From Nocardioidaceae bacterium (GTDB taxonomy: Bacteria > Actinomycetota > Actinomycetes > Propionibacteriales > Nocardioidaceae), in NCBI GenBank assembly GCA_035765755.1, contig DASTWW010000212.1, positions 4,929 to 68,928 on the forward strand: a DNA stretch of 64,000 bases, read 5' to 3'. Both the position numbers and the translations under genes were made by a program. Position 1 is the first letter of the stretch; every line of letters starts with the position of its first letter. Below are positions 59,473 through 64,000 of this stretch, in pieces. The notes under the pieces are model-generated. The model saw only the letters and a list, made by a program, of their open reading frames with translations, made no database searches and was not told the DNA's origin.

Positions 59473-61623
59473 TCAGGGGCTGGTCAGGATGACCAGTCGT
59501 TGGGTGGCTCTCGTCATCGCGACGTAGCGGTCGACCGCTGCCTCGATGCCCGTGCCGAACGCCTCGGGGTCGACGAGCACGACCAGGTCGAACTCGAGCC
59601 CCTTGCACAGCTCCGGGGTCAGCGATCGGACACGGTCCGTGGCCTGGAACGTGGGATCTCCGATGACACAGGCGACCCCCTCGGCGTGGGCGGCCCGCCA
59701 GGGGTCCAGGATCGTGTCCAACTGCGAGCGGGACTCGTGGGCGACCGGCACCCCGCTCTTCCGGATGGAGGTCGGCACGTTGGCGTCCGGGATGACAGCG
59801 CGGATGACCGGCTCGGCCTCGGTCATGACCTCCGCCGGGGTCCGGTAGTTGATGGTCAGCGACGACAGGCTGACCTGACCGAGCCCGACTCGCTCGAGCC
59901 GCTCCTGCCAAGGCTCGGTGAACCCGTGCCTGGCCTGGGCCCGGTCCCCGACGATGGTGAAGCTCCGGGACGGGCAGCGCTGCAGCAGCATCTGCCACTC
60001 CGCGTCGGTGAGCTCCTGGGCCTCGTCGACCACGATGTGCGCGAACGGACCGGCCAGCGGGTCGGGGTCGGCGGCCGGGAGCCCGGCGTCGTCGACCAGG
60101 GCGCCCCGCAGGTCCTCCCCGCGCAGCATTGACATCACCAGCATCTCGGAGTCGTCGGCGGCGACCAGGTGGTCCACGACCCTGGACATCTCCTCGCGCT
60201 CCGCAGCGACCGCCGTTTCGTGCCGGCGTCTGCGCCGTGAGGCCTCCGGGTCGCCGAGCCGCCGCCGTGCCGCGTCGAGCAGCGGGAGGTCGGCGATCGT
60301 CCAGGCCAGCGGGTCCTCGCGCTGCAGCGTCCGGACCTGGTCGCGGTCGAGCCAGGGAGCGCACAGCCGCAGGTACGCCGGCACCGACCACAGGTCTCCG
60401 ACCAGGTCGACCGCGTCGATCATCGGCCAGGCACGGTGTAGCGCCTCGATAAGGGCAGCGTTTTGCCGGAGGGAGGCGCGGACCATCTCGGCGGGCACGC
60501 CCTCGTCGTCGTGCTTGTCGACGAGGATGGCGAGCAGCTCCTCCCAGATGTCGTCGCGCGCCTCGTTGTGCGGGGTGCCGGGCTCGGCCGCTCGGAAGGC
60601 CTCGGCCCAGTCGTCGGCGCTGAGCCGGAGGTCGGACCAAGGGGTCTCGACGACCATTGTCTCGGTGGGCGGCTCCTCGTAGAAGCGGACGGCCGGCTCG
60701 ATCGCCCCGACCATGCCGGCGTCGGACTTCAGCCGGGCCACGTCCGGGTCCGGCTCAGGGGCCGCCGACGCACCTTCTGGGACCAGGTCCCGCAGCGTGC
60801 AGGTCTGCACGCCCTCCTCGCCCAGGCTGGGGAGGACGTCGCCGACGTACGCCAGGTAGGGCTGGTGCGGGCCGACGAACATCACGCCGCCACGTCGGTG
60901 GCCGAGGCGAGGGTCGGAGTAGAGCAGGTACGCCGCGCGGTGCAGGGCGACCACGGTCTTCCCGGTGCCCGGGCCGCCGTCCACGACGAGCGCTCCGCGG
61001 GAACCGGCGCGGATGATCGCGTCCTGGTCGGCCTGGATGGTGCCGAGCACGTCGCGCATGCGGCCCGACCGGTGGCCGCCGAGGCTGGCGATGAACGCGG
61101 ACTGGTCGTCGAGCGCGGCGTGCTGCGCCAGGCCGTCCTCGGTGAACACCTCGTCCCAGTAGTCGCTGATCCGCCCGCCGGTCCAGCGGTAGCGACGGCG
61201 GCTGGCCAGGCCCATGGGCGTTCCGTGGGTGGCGCCGAAGAACGGCTCGGCCGCCGGGGAGCGCCAGTCGACCAGCAGCGGGCGGCCCGCATCGTCCTTG
61301 AGGCCGAGCCGTCCGACGTACACCGGCTCGGCGCCGTCCGCGAACACCATGTGGCCCAGGCACAGGTCCAGCCCGAAGCGGCGCAGGGTGCGCAGCCGGG
61401 CAGTCAACCGGTGCACCTCCAGGTCCCGGTCCATGGCCTGCTGGCCCGCGCCGCCCGGTGCGCGGCGGGTCTCGTCCAGGCGCGCGGACAGCTCGGCGAC
61501 CGACCGTTCGAGGCTTTCCGCGATGGCCGCGAAGTGCCGCTCGTCGGCCTCGGTCAGCGCGGGGTCGGCCTTCGCGGCGAGGTGGTCGGGAAGGTCGAAC
61601 GCACTGGTGTGCGGGAGGTTCAC
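59473..61623 (-). CDS. helD: HelD-type (UvrD-like) RNA-polymerase-associated ATPase, candidate HelR
   Basis: Actinobacterial class-2 HelD-like N-terminus (YVGRLGL...LLVDWRSPAAEPFF), Walker A GGPGTGKT, and C-terminal CKGLEFDLVVLVD. GTG 61623 after GGAG. The track start 61728 lies inside the upstream palindrome. Confidence 0.85.
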   Translation of the reverse strand: MNLPHTSAFDLPDHLAAKADPALTEADERHFAAIAESLERSVAELSARLDETRRAPGGAGQQAMDRDLEVHRLTARLRTLRRFGLDLCLGHMVFADGAEPVYVGRLGLKDDAGRPLLVDWRSPAAEPFFGATHGTPMGLASRRRYRWTGGRISDYWDEVFTEDGLAQHAALDDQSAFIASLGGHRSGRMRDVLGTIQADQDAIIRAGSRGALVVDGGPGTGKTVVALHRAAYLLYSDPRLGHRRGGVMFVGPHQPYLAYVGDVLPSLGEEGVQTCTLRDLVPEGASAAPEPDPDVARLKSDAGMVGAIEPAVRFYEEPPTETMVVETPWSDLRLSADDWAEAFRAAEPGTPHNEARDDIWEELLAILVDKHDDEGVPAEMVRASLRQNAALIEALHRAWPMIDAVDLVGDLWSVPAYLRLCAPWLDRDQVRTLQREDPLAWTIADLPLLDAARRRLGDPEASRRRRRHETAVAAEREEMSRVVDHLVAADDSEMLVMSMLRGEDLRGALVDDAGLPAADPDPLAGPFAHIVVDEAQELTDAEWQMLLQRCPSRSFTIVGDRAQARHGFTEPWQERLERVGLGQVSLSSLTINYRTPAEVMTEAEPVIRAVIPDANVPTSIRKSGVPVAHESRSQLDTILDPWRAAHAEGVACVIGDPTFQATDRVRSLTPELCKGLEFDLVVLVDPEAFGTGIEAAVDRYVAMTRATQRLVILTSP

Positions 61624-61713
61624 GTGATCAGCTCCGATCGAGCAGCAGCGGCGCGGCCACCGTCGCCGCGGAAGGCACTGCTTGCCATCGGCGTGTGATT
61701 GTGAGGCACCACC

Positions 61714-61734
61714 GGGGTCTTGCCGCAAGACCCC
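61714..61734. promoter_or_regulatory. perfect 21-nt palindrome resembling the rifamycin-associated element (RAE)
   Basis: GGGGTCTTGC-C-GCAAGACCCC lies about 90 nt upstream of the HelD-type gene, in the divergent intergenic region. The match to the RAE consensus is from memory. Confidence 0.6.
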
Positions 61735-61794
61735 CTGTGCGCTATACGTTGAAAGTGGAGAGGGAGCACCTCTCCTCTTTCATGAGGGGGAGCA

Positions 61795-62700
61795 TTGGGA
61801 GCGGTCGCCGGCCGGCCGATGAGATGCTTCCTCGCCGGATTCACGCTGTTGCTGGTCGCCGGGTGCTCGGCGTCGAAGGCCAGCCAGGTGAACGGCGATC
61901 CTGTTCTGGGCTACGCCGACGCGCCCAGAGCCGTGCGGACCCTGCTGGACAAGAGCGGGATGGAGCCGGAGCTGAAGGCCGCCGGCGCCCGCCTGGCGGT
62001 GGGCCGGCACGTCGTCGTGGCCGGCGACGTCGGCGACACCGCCCTGTCCGAGATGGCGCACATCGGTGACGCCGCGGTGGCCGAGGTCGACGACCTGGCC
62101 GGACAGACCTCGCATGGTCGCGTGCTGATCCTGGCTCCGCAGACCCAGAGCGACTTCGCCTCCTGGGGCGGCGCCGGCTACGACGATGTCTACGGCCTGA
62201 CCCAGCCACCGTCCTGGAAGGACGCCCCCAGCGTCATCACGCTGGACCTCGCGAACGCCGGTCTGGGCGCCGTCACCTTGGAGGCGGACGGCAACCTGCT
62301 CCGCCACGTGATCGCTCACGAGATGTTCCACGCGCTCACCTTGCCGGTCGGCGGCTCGAAGGTGCCCCTGTGGCTCACGGAGGGGTTCGCCGAGGTGGCC
62401 GGGGAACGGATGCGGGACATCCCGCACCCGGAGGTCACCTGGCAGGCCGCGCTCCCCACGGACGCACAGTTCGACGCCGATCCCCAGAACGCGTACTTCC
62501 TGGCCTGGCAGCTCGCCGCCTACCTGCAGCGCCACGAAGGGCCCGCACGCGCCATGCGCTTCTACTTCGCTGCGCTGTCACCGTATCGCCACGCGTCGCT
62601 GAACGTGTTGAGCCGCCGCGACCTCGGCACGCCGCTGAAGGCACTGGTACGGCGCTGGAAGCACACCTACGACGCCAAGGGACCCATCGGCGTCTACTGA
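61795..62700 (+). CDS. lipoprotein with HExxH zinc-metallopeptidase motif
   Basis: Lipobox LLLVAGCSAS and VIAHEMFHAL...TEGFAE (HExxH plus a downstream E). TTG 61795 after GAGGGGGAG; the alternative start is ATG 61819. Confidence 0.6.
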   Translation: MGAVAGRPMRCFLAGFTLLLVAGCSASKASQVNGDPVLGYADAPRAVRTLLDKSGMEPELKAAGARLAVGRHVVVAGDVGDTALSEMAHIGDAAVAEVDDLAGQTSHGRVLILAPQTQSDFASWGGAGYDDVYGLTQPPSWKDAPSVITLDLANAGLGAVTLEADGNLLRHVIAHEMFHALTLPVGGSKVPLWLTEGFAEVAGERMRDIPHPEVTWQAALPTDAQFDADPQNAYFLAWQLAAYLQRHEGPARAMRFYFAALSPYRHASLNVLSRRDLGTPLKALVRRWKHTYDAKGPIGVY

Positions 62701-62826
62701 CCACCGACGGTCGCCTCGATCCCCGCGGACAGCACGCCCGGCGCGTGGTCCAGGACCCGGGACAGGCCGTGCCACGGGGACGCCGCCACGCACGGTCGCT
62801 GCCCTCATGGCTGGGGGTCGGAACAG

Positions 62827-63696
62827 TCACTTGGACGCGGCACGCCGTTGCCGGCGCTCCTCGCGCTGCTCGGGCGTCAGCGAGTCGAACCACTCGGCGA
62901 CCTCTTCGAGCTCGGAGAGGTGCTCGGTCATCACGTTGCGAATTCGTCGCTCGTTCCGGCTGCGGAGCGCGGCGAGCGTCGCCTCGTGGATGTGCACCGT
63001 GTTGTCGAAGTCGGTGTAGCTCTCGTCGAAGCCGTCGAGCACGATCGCGAGCTCCTCCATCACCTCGTGGCTGAAGTACGCGAGGGGCTCGTTGTCGGCT
63101 GCCTTCGCGATCGTGTAGTGGAAGAGGTTGTTCGCGTGGATCCACTCGGCCGGGTGGCCGCGGGCAGGCACGAGCATGTCGACCGCCCTCTGGAGCTCGG
63201 CGAACTGCTCGTCGGTCGCGTGCTGGCTCGCAAGGCGCGCCAGCTCCATCTCGACGACGCGGCGAGCGTCGACGAGCTGCCTGAGCGGGACGTCGAACCT
63301 ACGCCCCGACAGACGCATCAGATCCGCGGGGATGGCCGGCGAAACCACCTCGGTCCCCCCGGTTGCACCGCGGTGTACCCGCACCACGCCGTAGGTGGCC
63401 AGCACCCTCATCGCCTCACCTACGGTCGGTCGGCTCACGCCCAGGCGGTTGGCCAGAGCGTCGACCGTGGGCAGACGGCTCCCCGGAGGGTAGACACCTG
63501 CGCGGATCACGTAGGTCATCTGGTCGATGATCTCCTGGAAGGCGCGAGAGGCGTTGATCGGGCGAAAGGCCTGGAGCCTTTCGTCTTCGGCGGCACTGGC
63601 GCTCGAGTCGTTGCCGGCCTGGCCGGGGGCACGTCCGCCTCGACCGCGGGGCTCGGGCTCGGCGCTCTCGGTGTCTGTGGTGCGATCCTTCACCAT
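62827..63696 (-). CDS. GntR-family (FadR/FCD subfamily) transcriptional regulator
   Basis: wHTH GSRLPTVDALANRLGVSRPTVGEAMRVLATYGVVRVHRG plus an FCD-like helical C-terminal domain, with a low-complexity N-terminal extension. Confidence 0.85.
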   Translation of the reverse strand: MVKDRTTDTESAEPEPRGRGGRAPGQAGNDSSASAAEDERLQAFRPINASRAFQEIIDQMTYVIRAGVYPPGSRLPTVDALANRLGVSRPTVGEAMRVLATYGVVRVHRGATGGTEVVSPAIPADLMRLSGRRFDVPLRQLVDARRVVEMELARLASQHATDEQFAELQRAVDMLVPARGHPAEWIHANNLFHYTIAKAADNEPLAYFSHEVMEELAIVLDGFDESYTDFDNTVHIHEATLAALRSRNERRIRNVMTEHLSELEEVAEWFDSLTPEQREERRQRRAASK

Positions 63697-63720
63697 CGCT
63701 ATCTCCCCGTCCTGTGTAAG

Positions 63721-64000
63721 TCAGGCCCTGACACCGGGCTCGTCGATCCAGAGTTCCTGCTTGTCAGCATCCAGTGTGGCGGTGACTCCCAGCGGGATGG
63801 TCGCCAGGTGGGAGCCGTGACCGAGCGGGAGGCCGTAGAGAACCGGGACGCCAAGAGGCTCCAAGTAGTACTCGAGCACGTCCTCGAGGGACTTCGTGTT
63901 CGGGGTCCAGGCGCGCTCACGCGACCACTCGCAGCCGGCCATCTCGCCGACCACCACCCCCACCACCTGCTGCAGCTTCCCCGCATGGGTGAGCTGGGAG
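63721..64000 (-). CDS. LD-carboxypeptidase (S66, MccF-like), C-terminal part; 5' end beyond the window
   Basis: GVVVGEMAGCEW...VLYGLPLGHGSHLATIPLGV is typical of the S66 C-terminal domain (catalytic His region). The frame is open to the window edge. Confidence 0.7.
   Translation of the reverse strand, partial: SQLTHAGKLQQVVGVVVGEMAGCEWSRERAWTPNTKSLEDVLEYYLEPLGVPVLYGLPLGHGSHLATIPLGVTATLDADKQELWIDEPGVRA

Overview
High-GC (roughly 70% or more) actinobacterial chromosomal segment. The order cannot be fixed without a database search. The backbone is a dispersed purine-biosynthesis gene set (purA, purD, purB, purC, purS, purQ, purL, purF, purM). It is interleaved with accessory modules. These are a co-directional HIT-like / DHA2 MFS efflux / UvrA-paralogue trio; an acyl-CoA ligase; and a ~12-kb block between purQ and purL. 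That block holds an AlkP-family phosphoesterase, an LLM oxidoreductase, DUF488, a methyltransferase, an IclR / class-III CoA-transferase / HMGL-like lyase / TctCBA operon, and a PQQ sugar dehydrogenase. Further modules are a cell-wall hydrolase-like protein with a ClC channel, MarR/SCP, an M20 dipeptidase, valine dehydrogenase, bldC, an FMN hydroxy-acid dehydrogenase, DoxX, ChaB, a 1250-aa eight-domain sensor, secreted FN3 proteins, NYN-LOTUS/YjbR, transporters, a HelD-type ATPase and a GntR regulator. I saw no rRNA, tRNA, CRISPR array, transposase or integrase. Points worth a second look follow. (1) A perfect 21-nt palindrome resembling the rifamycin-associated element lies upstream of the HelD-type gene. 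(2) A family of 45-bp-unit hairpin-forming intergenic tandem repeats occurs at four loci. (3) The word GTACGACG(G) is enriched independently of reading frame and orientation, and is often built from rare codons. (4) The conserved N-terminus of the UvrA paralogue lies upstream of any ATG/GTG/TTG, which implies a CTG start overlapping the MFS stop codon. (5) The giant sensor fuses hybrid histidine kinase, PP2C and RsbW-like modules, and has a 1-nt frameshift in its last ~20 codons. (6) A 26-bp tandem duplication at the purD/purB junction creates a mini-ORF. All family names come from memory of conserved motifs. All counts were made by eye. Start codons were chosen by RBS context and homology expectation.
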